In this document: in pieces, positions 34,850 through 43,097 of the stretch | How positions within the stretch are numbered: the first letter of the stretch is position 1 | How the letters are laid out: each line of letters begins with the position of its first letter | Assembly: GCA_036394495.1 (NCBI GenBank) | Contig: DASWEZ010000156.1 | Coordinates: forward strand, 1-43,097 | Source of the DNA: Burkholderiales bacterium | GTDB taxonomy: Bacteria > Pseudomonadota > Gammaproteobacteria > Burkholderiales > JACQAP01 | Direction: 5' to 3' | Length of the DNA: 43,097 nt | Translations under genes and position numbers: made by a program | Notes under the pieces: model-generated | Databases searched by the model: none | What the model saw: the letters and a program-made list of their open reading frames with translations, nothing else | Told to the model about the DNA's origin: nothing

Positions 34850-36499
34850 TCACTTCGGCGCGGTAACTCCCGATCGGCGTCTGCTCGCACGATAACGCCA
34901 GACGGCGATGCCGCACAGGGTAACGATCACTGCATAGGCGTACATGGCATACAGCGACGGTAGCGAACGATCGCCCGGCGCATCCGCGTCCTTCATTGCT
35001 TCCGGAAACGGACGCGGCGCAACCGGAACGATCTTCCAATTCGATTTATCATTGGGCACCCGATCGCGGTATTCATCCATGGACAGCACCGGCTCCCGGC
35101 CGAAGGCGCGCGAGGACGGGAATTGCGGTATGCGAACGAAAATGACGGCTTCGATATCTTCGCGCAGCACGGTTTCATAACGGGTATCGGCAGACCCCCC
35201 GGTCGCGATGCGCTGAAGCAAATCGCGTCCCGCGGCGTCAAACGCGGCGAACGGATAGAGATCGGTCTGCTCGGTGACGAGGTAATCGTAAGCCTGCCGC
35301 CCGCTTTCGACACTCAAATCCTTGGCCGCCATGAGAGGCAGGGCCGCGACCGCCTTTATGCGACTGGCCGGTCCCTGTTCGGGGATTTTCCATCCCAGCG
35401 AGCGCAGGGTCTGCATGCTGATGCCGGCGCAGTTCTCGATGGAATGCCGGTAGTAGAAGTCATGGCGATAGAAGTGATTGTAGACGCGGGCGATCGCCTG
35501 CTCGTAGATCGCCGCCGCTCGCTCCCGCTTCAGCACGGCGACCAGCAGATAGGACGGACGGTACCAGGACTGGCCGCTGTTCAAATCCGCAAGATAACTG
35601 TCCATCGTCAGCGTGGAGGCGATGATGCCTTTTTCGCTGACGGAATCGAGATTGTAGAAATTGTTGACCAGCCAGTCACCCCACTCGCCCGCCGGCCCGA
35701 AGGCTCCCGTGGCGACCGCGAAATGGCCGCCGTGCGACTCGTCGTCGTCACCTTGCGCTCCGTTGAGCATGAGAGCCAATACCGGCATGCCACTCCATTT
35801 TCGCGCTGCCATGGGATCGCGTTGCCAAAGCACGCGCGCTGCGAACGCGGAACGAGCACCGCCGCCGTCCGCGCGCACCAGAGCCTCCAGTGTCTCGCCC
35901 GCATCCAGCGGCCGATAAGGCAGCCGCGCAAAATCGAGATCGTAGTCCTGCGGCCAGATCGTACGTGCAACGAAGCGATCCCCCTCCATCCGTCCGCGCA
36001 GTTTCAGCCGGCGATCGGTAAAATGACGCGCGCTCGAATCGTCGAAATACGACAGGTTGGTGTCGATTTTTTTCGCCAGCGAGAATTCCAGCCGGTGCCC
36101 ATCGGCTCCGAGAAGCGTTTTCCCGCCATCAAGCAGTCGGACACCATCGACGACCTGCGGCGAGCCGAGCCACAGAAGCGGCGGCCTCGACCCATCGCCA
36201 TCGGGATGCGATTGCGCCCATTCGCGCACGTCGTCCTGCACGCGGCGATCACGTGAAAAACCGGCTTCCGCGGATCTCGGAACGGCGATCACTTCATCCG
36301 GGAAATACCAGAGCGCCTGCGGAATGGTCCGGCAATCTTTGCACGATCCGTCCGCGAGCCGGAAATCCGCACCGTCATACAGCCCGAGACGCGTTGCTTC
36401 GAGCGCGTCGCGCGCTCCGCCGGGCGCTGCCATTGCGCCCGCAGTGGAGAGAAAAACGAATGTCACGACAACCCGTCCATACAGGCGGATCGATGACAT
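34850..36499 (-). CDS. Hypothetical exported protein with C-terminal membrane anchor; possible DUF4105-like domain
   Basis: ORF 34850..36946 trimmed to ATG 36499 (MSSIRLYGRVVVTFVFLSTAGAMA, signal peptide). The longer version would overlap the upstream binding-protein gene. 549 aa, with a C-terminal TM helix (LYAMYAYAVIVTLCGIAVW). HGGHFAV ... FYRHDFYYRHSIENCAG recalls the GH..LR / YDFF..NC.T pattern of DUF4105. Unverified. Confidence 0.7.
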   Translation of the reverse strand: MSSIRLYGRVVVTFVFLSTAGAMAAPGGARDALEATRLGLYDGADFRLADGSCKDCRTIPQALWYFPDEVIAVPRSAEAGFSRDRRVQDDVREWAQSHPDGDGSRPPLLWLGSPQVVDGVRLLDGGKTLLGADGHRLEFSLAKKIDTNLSYFDDSSARHFTDRRLKLRGRMEGDRFVARTIWPQDYDLDFARLPYRPLDAGETLEALVRADGGGARSAFAARVLWQRDPMAARKWSGMPVLALMLNGAQGDDDESHGGHFAVATGAFGPAGEWGDWLVNNFYNLDSVSEKGIIASTLTMDSYLADLNSGQSWYRPSYLLVAVLKRERAAAIYEQAIARVYNHFYRHDFYYRHSIENCAGISMQTLRSLGWKIPEQGPASRIKAVAALPLMAAKDLSVESGRQAYDYLVTEQTDLYPFAAFDAAGRDLLQRIATGGSADTRYETVLREDIEAVIFVRIPQFPSSRAFGREPVLSMDEYRDRVPNDKSNWKIVPVAPRPFPEAMKDADAPGDRSLPSLYAMYAYAVIVTLCGIAVWRYRASRRRSGVTAPK

Positions 36500-36549
36500 C
36501 GATGGACTTCCGGAACCCGGGCCGACGATTGTCCGAACTGCGGATCCGA

Positions 36550-37791
36550 TCACATCGGCGGCCGTTCCATCTGGCACTTTACCGGCGGAATAATGTCCTT
36601 GGCCTCGATGAAGGTTTCGGTCTTCCATCCATAGCCGGTTTTTTCTTCGTCGTATTTGACGCCTGCCTGGCCGGCCTTGACGAGACTCAGGATGTACAGC
36701 GGCGCGATCATCTGATGATCTTCGGCGCGCATCCATGAAGCCCCGCTCGGCCCTGCGTACTTCAACCCCTCCAGGGCATACGCGACCTTGACCGGATCGG
36801 TCGTCCCCGCCTTGTCCAGCGCGCCCGCCAGCATTTCGACGACACGAAATGCCGGGAGATAGGCGGCATTCGAGACGGTCCTGTACTTGGCCTTGTAGTC
36901 GAGCAGCGTCTTCTGCCATGCCGCGTCGGCGGCGTTGATATGCCATGCGTCCAGCGTCTTTACGCGATCCGCCCCGGCGGTGCCTATCCCCGACCAGGTG
37001 CCGGGATAACCGCCGAGGATGGCGTAGAAAGTCGCCTTCAATCCGGCCTCGTTGCCCGCCTTGACGAACAATGACAAGTCATTGCCCCAATTTCCGGTCA
37101 ATACGATGTCGGCCCCGGACGCATGAATCTTGGCGACGTAGGGCGCGAAATCCTTGACCTTGCCGAGTGCTACGAAATCGTCGCCCACGATCTGGATGTC
37201 CGGCCGCTTCACCGCCAGCATTTCCTTCGCCGCCTTGCTCACCGCCTGGCCGAAGGCGTAGTCCTGGTTGAGCAGATAAACCTTGCGGATGGAAGGCTGA
37301 TTCATCATGTAGTCGGTGAGCACGCTGACCTGCGTGTCCGAATGCACTTCGAAACGGAAATGCCAGAAATTGCATTTGGCTTCGGTCAATGCGGGGTCGA
37401 GGGCATTGAAGTCGAAGAACAGCGCACGCCTGTCCGGATTGCGGGCATTGTGCTTTACCAGCGCATCGCTTATTGCATGCGCGACATTCGACGCTGACGA
37501 CACGATGAAGCGAATGTCCTGATCGAGCGCCTGCTTGAGAACGATCAGGGATTCCTGGGGGTTCGACTTGTTGTCGAAAGCGACGATCTCGATTTTCCTG
37601 CCGCCGAGCACGCCGCCCCGTGCATTGACGATATCGGCACTCGCCTGGAATATTTTCAGGCGCTCCTCGCCCAGAAGCGCGAACGGCCCGCTGATCGGCC
37701 CCAGCACGGCAAGTTTGATCGTATCTGCAGCGATCGCGCCGCCCGCACACACGGCGAGAAATACGCCCGCCACAATCCGGGAAAGCCTCAT
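36550..37791 (-). CDS. Periplasmic binding protein, type I (LivJ/LivK branched-chain amino acid family), no cognate permease nearby
   Basis: ORF trimmed to ATG 37791 (MRLSRIVAGVFLAVCAGGAIA signal). 413 aa. TIKLAVLGPISGPFALLGE ... YLLNQDYAFGQ pattern of Leu/Ile/Val-binding-type proteins. Confidence 0.85.
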   Translation of the reverse strand: MRLSRIVAGVFLAVCAGGAIAADTIKLAVLGPISGPFALLGEERLKIFQASADIVNARGGVLGGRKIEIVAFDNKSNPQESLIVLKQALDQDIRFIVSSASNVAHAISDALVKHNARNPDRRALFFDFNALDPALTEAKCNFWHFRFEVHSDTQVSVLTDYMMNQPSIRKVYLLNQDYAFGQAVSKAAKEMLAVKRPDIQIVGDDFVALGKVKDFAPYVAKIHASGADIVLTGNWGNDLSLFVKAGNEAGLKATFYAILGGYPGTWSGIGTAGADRVKTLDAWHINAADAAWQKTLLDYKAKYRTVSNAAYLPAFRVVEMLAGALDKAGTTDPVKVAYALEGLKYAGPSGASWMRAEDHQMIAPLYILSLVKAGQAGVKYDEEKTGYGWKTETFIEAKDIIPPVKCQMERPPM

Positions 37792-38201
37792 TTGTTTTCG
37801 CCCGCCTTCTGCGCTTCGAGGGCCTTTTCCACGCAAAGCTTTATCCTGGACGCCTCGCGCCCGCGGAATTCATTCCGGCATTGTTCCAGCAGGGGCCCGT
37901 GATCCCTTGCATACGCCTCGAGCACCGGTCCCGCTGCGATGTCGTCGTCGATGCACTTCTTCACGATCCCCCACCCCATTTCCTTCCGGCGTGAACAGCG
38001 CGCGACGATATCCTTCATTTCGGCGGGGTAGCGCGCGATCTCCGCGCGCGCAGCCTGATTTTCCTTGATGCAGATGCCGATCATCTCCGTGCCGAATTCG
38101 GCATTCGACATGGCACAGCCGCTGATGATGTCGGAGTCGTCGTCCGCGAGGCACGCAGAGGACGCCAATGCCAGGGTTATCGCAAAAATCAATGTCTTCA
38201 T
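37788..38201 (-). CDS. Hypothetical small Cys-rich exported protein
   Basis: ORF trimmed to ATG 38201 (MKTLIFAITLALASSAC..., signal peptide or possible lipobox; alternative ATG 38216). 137 aa with six further Cys. The stop overlaps the binding-protein start (ATGA). Confidence 0.6.
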   Translation of the reverse strand: MKTLIFAITLALASSACLADDDSDIISGCAMSNAEFGTEMIGICIKENQAARAEIARYPAEMKDIVARCSRRKEMGWGIVKKCIDDDIAAGPVLEAYARDHGPLLEQCRNEFRGREASRIKLCVEKALEAQKAGENK

Positions 38202-38365
38202 GAACGAGGCAACCATGCAATCACGATCGGTTTCGATAAAGGACCCGGAATTCGATTCGGGCGTGGCATGATCTGCCACCTGCCCGCCGTTCGCAACGAC
38301 AACGGCTGGCAAAATGCATAGTATTACAATCCTGCGCATAACCGGTCCACACTCCCTCCGACCTC

Positions 38366-40036
38366 ATGATCGCCTTCCTGGAAGCCAAACGAGCCGGCCT
38401 GCTGCGCAAGCAACACTGGCCGGGCAATATCGTTTCCGGCGTCATCGTGGGCGTGGTTGCGTTGCCGCTGGCGATGGCATTCGCCATCGCTTCCGGCGCC
38501 AAACCCGAGCAGGGACTGTATTCCGCCATCGTGGGGGGGGTCGTGGTTGCGATCCTCGGCGGCAGCCGGTTGCAGATCGCCGGCCCGACCGGCGCATTCA
38601 TCGTCATTCTGGCGGGCATCACAGCCAAGCACGGCATAGACGGCTTGCAGATCGCGACCCTGATGGCGGGCTTGATACTGCTTTTGCTTGGCATAGCCCG
38701 CATGGGTACGATCATCAAATTCATTCCGGACCCGGTAATCGTCGGCTTTACCGCCGGCATCGGCGTCATCATCTGGGTCGGGCAATGGAAGGATTTCTTC
38801 GGACTGCCGGCGGTTCAGGCCCAGCATTTTCACGAGAAGCTGTGGCAACTGGTGCACGCGCTGCCCCATCTCGACCCGATCACGACTTCGCTTTCCCTGC
38901 TGTCCCTGCTGCTGGTGATCTTCGCGCCCAGGCTACCCGGGTTCAAACGCGTGCCGGGGCCGCTGGTGGCGTTGGTGGTCGCGACACTACTGCAGGCAAT
39001 ATTCCGATTCGACGACGTGGCCACCATCGGCAGCACATTCGGCGGCATCCCGCAGGGATTGCCGGCCTTGCACTGGCCGGAAATCACGGCCGCGCGGGTC
39101 ATCGAACTGATCGGGCCGGCCTTCACCATTGCCATGCTCGGCGCCATCGAGTCGCTGCTTTCCGCCGTGGTCGCCGACGGCATGGCAGGCACGCGGCACG
39201 ACTCCAACCAGGAACTGATCGGCCAGGGCATTGCCAACATGGCCACGCCGCTGTTCGGCGGCTTCGCCGTCACCGGCGCGATTGCCCGCACGGCGACGAA
39301 CATACGCAACGGCGGCACCAGCCCGCTCGCCGGCATCGTGCACTCGATCACGCTGGTACTCATCATCCTGTTCCTGGCGCCGCTGGCCGTGCATGTGCCG
39401 CTGGCCGCGATGGCGGCCATCCTCTTCGTGGTGGCCTGGAACATGAGCGAGGTCAAACATTTTCTGAAGATGATCGAGCGTGCACCGCGCGCCGATACGG
39501 TGATCCTGCTGGTGACGTTCGGCCTGACGGTTTTCGCCGATCTGGTGGTGGCCGTGAATATCGGCGTCATCCTCGCCACCCTGCACTTCCTGCGCCGCAT
39601 GGCGTCCAGCGTGGAAGTACAACAGGTCGGCGAATTGGAACTGCGCCGGGAATTCGGACATCAGGGTTTCACCACCCTGCCGCGGGATGTGGTGGTCTAC
39701 TCCGTCGAAGGACCGTTTTTCTTCGGAGCGGTGGAGAACTTCGAACGGGCGCTGGCTGGCACGCACACCGATCCGCGCGTCGTCATCATCCGATTGCGCT
39801 GGGTGCCGTTCATCGACATCACCGGCCTGCAGACCCTGGAAGAGGCCATCAACGCCCTGCACAAGCGCGGTGTACGTGTGATGCTGACCGGGGCAAACGC
39901 CCGCGTCGAAGGCAAACTGGAGAAGGCGCAAATCATCGAGCTGGTGGGGCGCGAGAATATCTTCAAGGCTTTTCCGGAGGCAATCGAAGCCTGCCGGCAA
40001 CGGGAAAATCCGGGTCCGGCAACTGCGACAGGCTGA
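38366..40036 (+). CDS. SulP family inorganic anion transporter with C-terminal STAS domain
   Basis: 556 aa. Polytopic core (GVIVGVVALPLAMAFAIASG, GIANMATPLFGGFAVTGAIARTA) and a STAS domain (VVIIRLRWVPFIDITGLQTLEE). Confidence 0.9.
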   Translation: MIAFLEAKRAGLLRKQHWPGNIVSGVIVGVVALPLAMAFAIASGAKPEQGLYSAIVGGVVVAILGGSRLQIAGPTGAFIVILAGITAKHGIDGLQIATLMAGLILLLLGIARMGTIIKFIPDPVIVGFTAGIGVIIWVGQWKDFFGLPAVQAQHFHEKLWQLVHALPHLDPITTSLSLLSLLLVIFAPRLPGFKRVPGPLVALVVATLLQAIFRFDDVATIGSTFGGIPQGLPALHWPEITAARVIELIGPAFTIAMLGAIESLLSAVVADGMAGTRHDSNQELIGQGIANMATPLFGGFAVTGAIARTATNIRNGGTSPLAGIVHSITLVLIILFLAPLAVHVPLAAMAAILFVVAWNMSEVKHFLKMIERAPRADTVILLVTFGLTVFADLVVAVNIGVILATLHFLRRMASSVEVQQVGELELRREFGHQGFTTLPRDVVVYSVEGPFFFGAVENFERALAGTHTDPRVVIIRLRWVPFIDITGLQTLEEAINALHKRGVRVMLTGANARVEGKLEKAQIIELVGRENIFKAFPEAIEACRQRENPGPATATG

Positions 40037-40058
40037 CCTGCTCGTCCTGCAAAAGAAT

Positions 40059-40089
40059 AAGGGCTCAGGCCTTGTCGGCCCGAACCCTT
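40059..40089. terminator. Hairpin between convergent genes (terminator candidate)
   Basis: AAGGGCTCAGGCC (40059-40071), loop TTGTC, GGCCCGAACCCTT (40077-40089); 11/13 paired. Flanked by AAAAGAAT on the left and CTTTG on the right. Confidence 0.5.
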
Positions 40090-40115
40090 CTTTGTCCTAC
40101 CCTTCGCTTTTACCC

Positions 40116-40149
40116 CGTCACGATCGTTACGTCGTCACGACCGTCACGA
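40116..40149. repeat. Short octamer array CGTCACGA x3
   Basis: CGTCACGA at 40116-40123, 40133-40140 and 40142-40149. CGTCACGATCGTTACG (40116-40131) is itself a near-palindrome. It lies just downstream of the dehydratase stop. Confidence 0.6.
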
Positions 40150-40153
40150 ATTC

Positions 40154-41959
40154 TCAGTGGTTATCTCTCGGCACGCCCTTGGTCTTGTCGATTCTCTGGT
40201 ACTTGACCGCCGGCTTGAGCACCATGCCGTTGGACAGTTCGTCGACCATGCCGCGTTGGATTTCCTGCCAGGGCGTCTGACTGGCCGGGCTCTTGAAGCC
40301 GCCCTGCTTCTCCAGCGACTTCATGCGCCGCGTGTACTCGGCTTTGGAGATCAGGATGTTCGCCGTGCGCTTGTTCAGGTCGATGCGCACCCGGTCGCCC
40401 GTCTTCAGGATGGCCAGGCCGCCCATGCTGGCCGCTTCCGGCGACGCGTTCAGAATGGAAGGTGAACCCGATGTTCCGGACTGGCGGCCGTCGCCGATGC
40501 ACGGCAGCTCGGTGATGCCCTGCTTGATCAGTTTCGCCGGCGGTTGCATGTTCACCACTTCGGCCGCACCCGGGTAGCCCTTCGGTCCGGCGCCGCGCAC
40601 GAACAGCATGCAATCGTCGTCGATCTTCAGCTTCGGATCGTCGATGCGGTGATGGTAATCCTCCGGGCCGTCGAACACGATGGCACGGCCTTCCCAGGCG
40701 TTCGGATCCTTGGGATCCGAGAGGTAGCGTTTGCGGAATGCGTCCGAGATCACGCTGGTCTTCATGATCGCGCTGTCGAACAGGTTGCCCTTGAGGTTCA
40801 GGAAGCCGGCCGATTTTTTCATCGGCTGCTTGTAGGGCCAGATCACTTTCACATCGTCGACCGGCGTCTTCCTGCAATTGTCGTGCAGCGACTTGCCGTT
40901 GACGGTGATCGTGTTCTTGCGGATCTTGCCGGCCTTGATCAGTTCGTTGACCACCGCCGGTACGCCGCCGGCGCGATGATATTCCTCGCCGAGATACTCG
41001 CCGGCCGGCTGCAGGTTCACCAGCAGCGGGATGTCGTAGCCGATTTTTTCCCAGTCGTTGTTGTCGAGCTTGACGCCTATGTGGCGCGCAATCGCATTGA
41101 AGTGGATCGGCGCATTGGTCGAACCGCCGATCGCCGAATTCACGATGATGACGTTTTCGAAAGCTTCGCGCGTCATGATCTTCGAGGGACGCAGGTCTTC
41201 CCATACCATCTCGACGATGCGTTTGCCGGTTTCGTAGGCGTTCACCGCGCGATCCTTGTGCGGTGCCGGAATGGCAGCGCTGCCCGGCAGCGACATGCCC
41301 AGCGCCTCCGCCAGCGAATTCATGGTCGAAGCCGTTCCCATGGTATTGCAGTGCCCGGGCGACGGCGCCGAGGATGCGATCAGGTCGATGAACTCCTCGT
41401 CGTTGATCTCGCCTGCGGCCAGCAGTTCTCGCGCTTTCCAGACGATGGTGCCGGAGCCGGTACGCTGGCCATGGAACCAGCCGTTCAGCATCGGCCCGCC
41501 GGAGAGCACGATGGCCGGAATATCGACGGTCGCGGCGGCCATCAGTTGCGCGGGGGTGGTCTTGTCGCAGCCGGTGGTCAGCACCACGCCGTCGATGAAA
41601 TAACCATAAAGCGTCTCTACCAGCCCGAGATAGCACAGATTACGGTCGAGCGACGCGGTCGGGCGCTTGCCGGTTTCCTGGATCGGATGCACCGGAAACT
41701 CGAAGGCGATGCCGCCGGCTTCGCGGATGCCTTCGCGGATGCGATGAGCGAGCTCGAGATGATGGCGATTACAGGGAGACAGGTCCGAGCCCGATTGGGC
41801 GATGCCGATGATCGGCTTGCCGGCTTGCAGTTCCTCACGCTTCAGGCCCCAGTTCATATAGCGCTCGAGATACAGTGCCGTCATGTTGGGATTGTGCGGA
41901 TTGGCGAACCATTGGCGGGAACGCAGCTTTGCGGGATCTTTTTTGGTTTTACTTGCCAT
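40154..41959 (-). CDS. IlvD/Edd family dehydratase (sugar-acid dehydratase-like)
   Basis: 601 aa. [45 protein letters not shown] motifs of the dihydroxy-acid / xylonate-arabonate dehydratase family. GAGGAG upstream of ATG 41959. Confidence 0.9.
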   Translation of the reverse strand: MASKTKKDPAKLRSRQWFANPHNPNMTALYLERYMNWGLKREELQAGKPIIGIAQSGSDLSPCNRHHLELAHRIREGIREAGGIAFEFPVHPIQETGKRPTASLDRNLCYLGLVETLYGYFIDGVVLTTGCDKTTPAQLMAAATVDIPAIVLSGGPMLNGWFHGQRTGSGTIVWKARELLAAGEINDEEFIDLIASSAPSPGHCNTMGTASTMNSLAEALGMSLPGSAAIPAPHKDRAVNAYETGKRIVEMVWEDLRPSKIMTREAFENVIIVNSAIGGSTNAPIHFNAIARHIGVKLDNNDWEKIGYDIPLLVNLQPAGEYLGEEYHRAGGVPAVVNELIKAGKIRKNTITVNGKSLHDNCRKTPVDDVKVIWPYKQPMKKSAGFLNLKGNLFDSAIMKTSVISDAFRKRYLSDPKDPNAWEGRAIVFDGPEDYHHRIDDPKLKIDDDCMLFVRGAGPKGYPGAAEVVNMQPPAKLIKQGITELPCIGDGRQSGTSGSPSILNASPEAASMGGLAILKTGDRVRIDLNKRTANILISKAEYTRRMKSLEKQGGFKSPASQTPWQEIQRGMVDELSNGMVLKPAVKYQRIDKTKGVPRDNH

Positions 41960-42093
41960 GCTTTGCTTCTCCTCGGGGACGCCTTGGCCTCGAGGGCTTC
42001 GGCTGTCTGGTAGTTGGGGTAACGGGGGTGATTTTACCCGAGGGCAAAGACGAATGCCCGGAGCAGCGAACCGTCAGGACGCGCAGCCTCTCC

Positions 42094-42522
42094 TCAAGCA
42101 GCGGATTGCCATGCCACGAGAAACACGCCGAGAGCCAGGGCCAGGCACAGCGGCGAATACAAGGCGGAATCGAGCCAGGCGAATCGGCTTCCGCGGACCG
42201 TCTTGAAGAAGCCCACCAGGCGGAAGTCGCCGATCGCCCGCAACAAAAATAACAGCGCAAGTCCGAAGCAGCCCCATCGGATCACGACTGCCTGGACAGG
42301 CACGTCGATGAATCCGGTGGCTGCGCCGACCAGTGCCGCACAGCCGAACAACGCGCAGGCGACGAGCAGCGTCGCCATGCGGCCGGGAACGAACGAGGGC
42401 GATCCGCGCAACTCCGGAATGGCCGCCACCCTGGCAAACCGGCCGCCGAATGCCCAGTACACATGGACCGCTGCCAGGAATGCGAATATTGCGATCAATG
42501 CAATGGCCAGGATGGTGAGCAT
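42094..42522 (-). CDS. Small integral membrane protein (DUF3995-like)
   Basis: 142 aa with four predicted TM helices. AAVHVYWAFGG near the N-terminus, as in DUF3995 proteins. GAGG upstream of ATG 42522. Confidence 0.6.
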   Translation of the reverse strand: MLTILAIALIAIFAFLAAVHVYWAFGGRFARVAAIPELRGSPSFVPGRMATLLVACALFGCAALVGAATGFIDVPVQAVVIRWGCFGLALLFLLRAIGDFRLVGFFKTVRGSRFAWLDSALYSPLCLALALGVFLVAWQSAA

Positions 42523-42561
42523 GACGACCTCAGCGGATCGCGATCGGGCGATATCCAGCCC

Positions 42562-42822
42562 TCATCGCGATTTACGCAGCGCCGGATTGAGCCGGTCGAT
42601 ATCGGCCTGAACCTGATCGCGGCTGCGCTCGTAAATGAGCTCGCGCCCCATGGCGCTGCCGGCGTAACCCATGCCGTTGCGCGTCGGGGACAAGTCGCAT
42701 TTGACGCTGTGGATGCCTGCCCCGAGAACGATCTGTATGCGTTCGGCGCGCTTGTTCAGCACGACCACGTCGAGGATTTGACCGGTTTCGGTAACCCGTA
42801 CCTTGATTTTCTCGTCGATCAT
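42562..42822 (-). CDS. Hypothetical 86-aa protein
   Basis: Balanced composition. GAGAGG 7 nt upstream of ATG 42822. 39 nt upstream of the membrane protein gene on the same strand. No family recognised. Confidence 0.55.
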   Translation of the reverse strand: MIDEKIKVRVTETGQILDVVVLNKRAERIQIVLGAGIHSVKCDLSPTRNGMGYAGSAMGRELIYERSRDQVQADIDRLNPALRKSR

Positions 42823-43097
42823 GCCATCACCTCTCGGTTACGAATCATGCCTGCGTCTGCAGAACTAGCGATCGGGCATTCCCGTGCATCTTACCGGACT
42901 TCGGAGCGAAGCCTGCCCCGCCCGGATAATGCGCAGTCCCGATGAGACCAGGGACCAGGGTCCCGGATTCTCGTTTTGATCCCGTGATCCTTCCTGGACG
43001 AAAAAAATGCCGAACTGTCAGGCCCGGCATCAAGTGGAGAGGCGTGTATGAAACGCAAACCGCCAAAGTGGCTCGAACGTCACGCGGGCGGCGCGCG

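Noticed and set aside
36500-36946. N-terminal 149-codon extension of the 698-aa ORF; likewise the upstream extensions of the ORFs at 4390, 16655, 26208, 1933-2049, 3929-4051, 37792-37836 and 38202-38339
   Set aside because: The extensions are Arg/Gly-rich, overlap the neighbouring gene or its stop, and precede an obvious signal peptide or conserved N-terminus. Internal starts give proteins of the length expected for the family.
42845-43097. Right-edge features: a plus-strand start (GGAGAGG, ATG 43048, MKRKPPKWLERHAGG...); a minus-strand ORF 42845-43066 open to the edge; a minus-strand hairpin plus T7 (43001-43030)
   Set aside because: These readings are mutually incompatible, and only about 50 nt of sequence is available to judge them. 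The hairpin stem is 6 bp. The minus ORF has poor composition and contains the hairpin. None can be supported.

Overview
High-GC (by eye above 60%) proteobacterial chromosomal window with about 37 credible protein genes. I saw no rRNA, tRNA, CRISPR array, transposase or integrase. Left to right: a minus-strand aromatic-acid cluster (edge-truncated gentisate 1,2-dioxygenase, PaaA-like di-iron oxygenase, MFE-2-like SDR, 2Fe-2S/FNR reductase) with a divergent MarR; corA; arfB; a PQQ dehydrogenase plus cytochrome c; a NUDIX hydrolase; a MacAB-like ABC operon (adaptor, ATPase, two FtsX-type permeases); an orphan GspE/PilB-type ATPase, an FlK-family thioesterase and a 1448-aa MASE1-PAS-GAF-GGDEF-EAL protein; a MoxR ATPase / VWA pair interrupted by a periplasmic-sensor diguanylate cyclase; a hyi-glxR-glycerate kinase-glcDEF-SDR glycolate/glyoxylate operon; an orphan LivK-type binding protein flanked by two unknown exported proteins; a SulP permease; an IlvD/Edd dehydratase. 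The most unusual signal is non-coding. Seven copies (A, B, C1, C2, D, E, F) of a 140-200-bp hairpin element have 15-40-bp arms built from tandem arrays of an 8-9-nt unit (CACAGAGG, CACGGAGG, CGCAAAGG, CGCCAAGA; pattern C-R-C-N-R-A-G-R). The unit differs between copies, but the two arms of each copy stay complementary. The cores are AT-richer and unrelated. Every copy sits in a short spacer between co-directional genes, and two of them split glcD/glcE/glcF. A different 287-bp nested palindrome with three helices abuts the corA stop codon. Further leads: a PQQ dehydrogenase with a lanthanide-type Asp and a displaced vicinal Cys pair; a 17-bp x3.5 tandem repeat over the start codon of the large c-di-GMP protein; the MoxR-DGC-VWA arrangement; a PaaA-like oxygenase paired with an SDIMO-type reductase next to gentisate dioxygenase. 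All protein calls come from motif and family recognition by eye. No database search was run.
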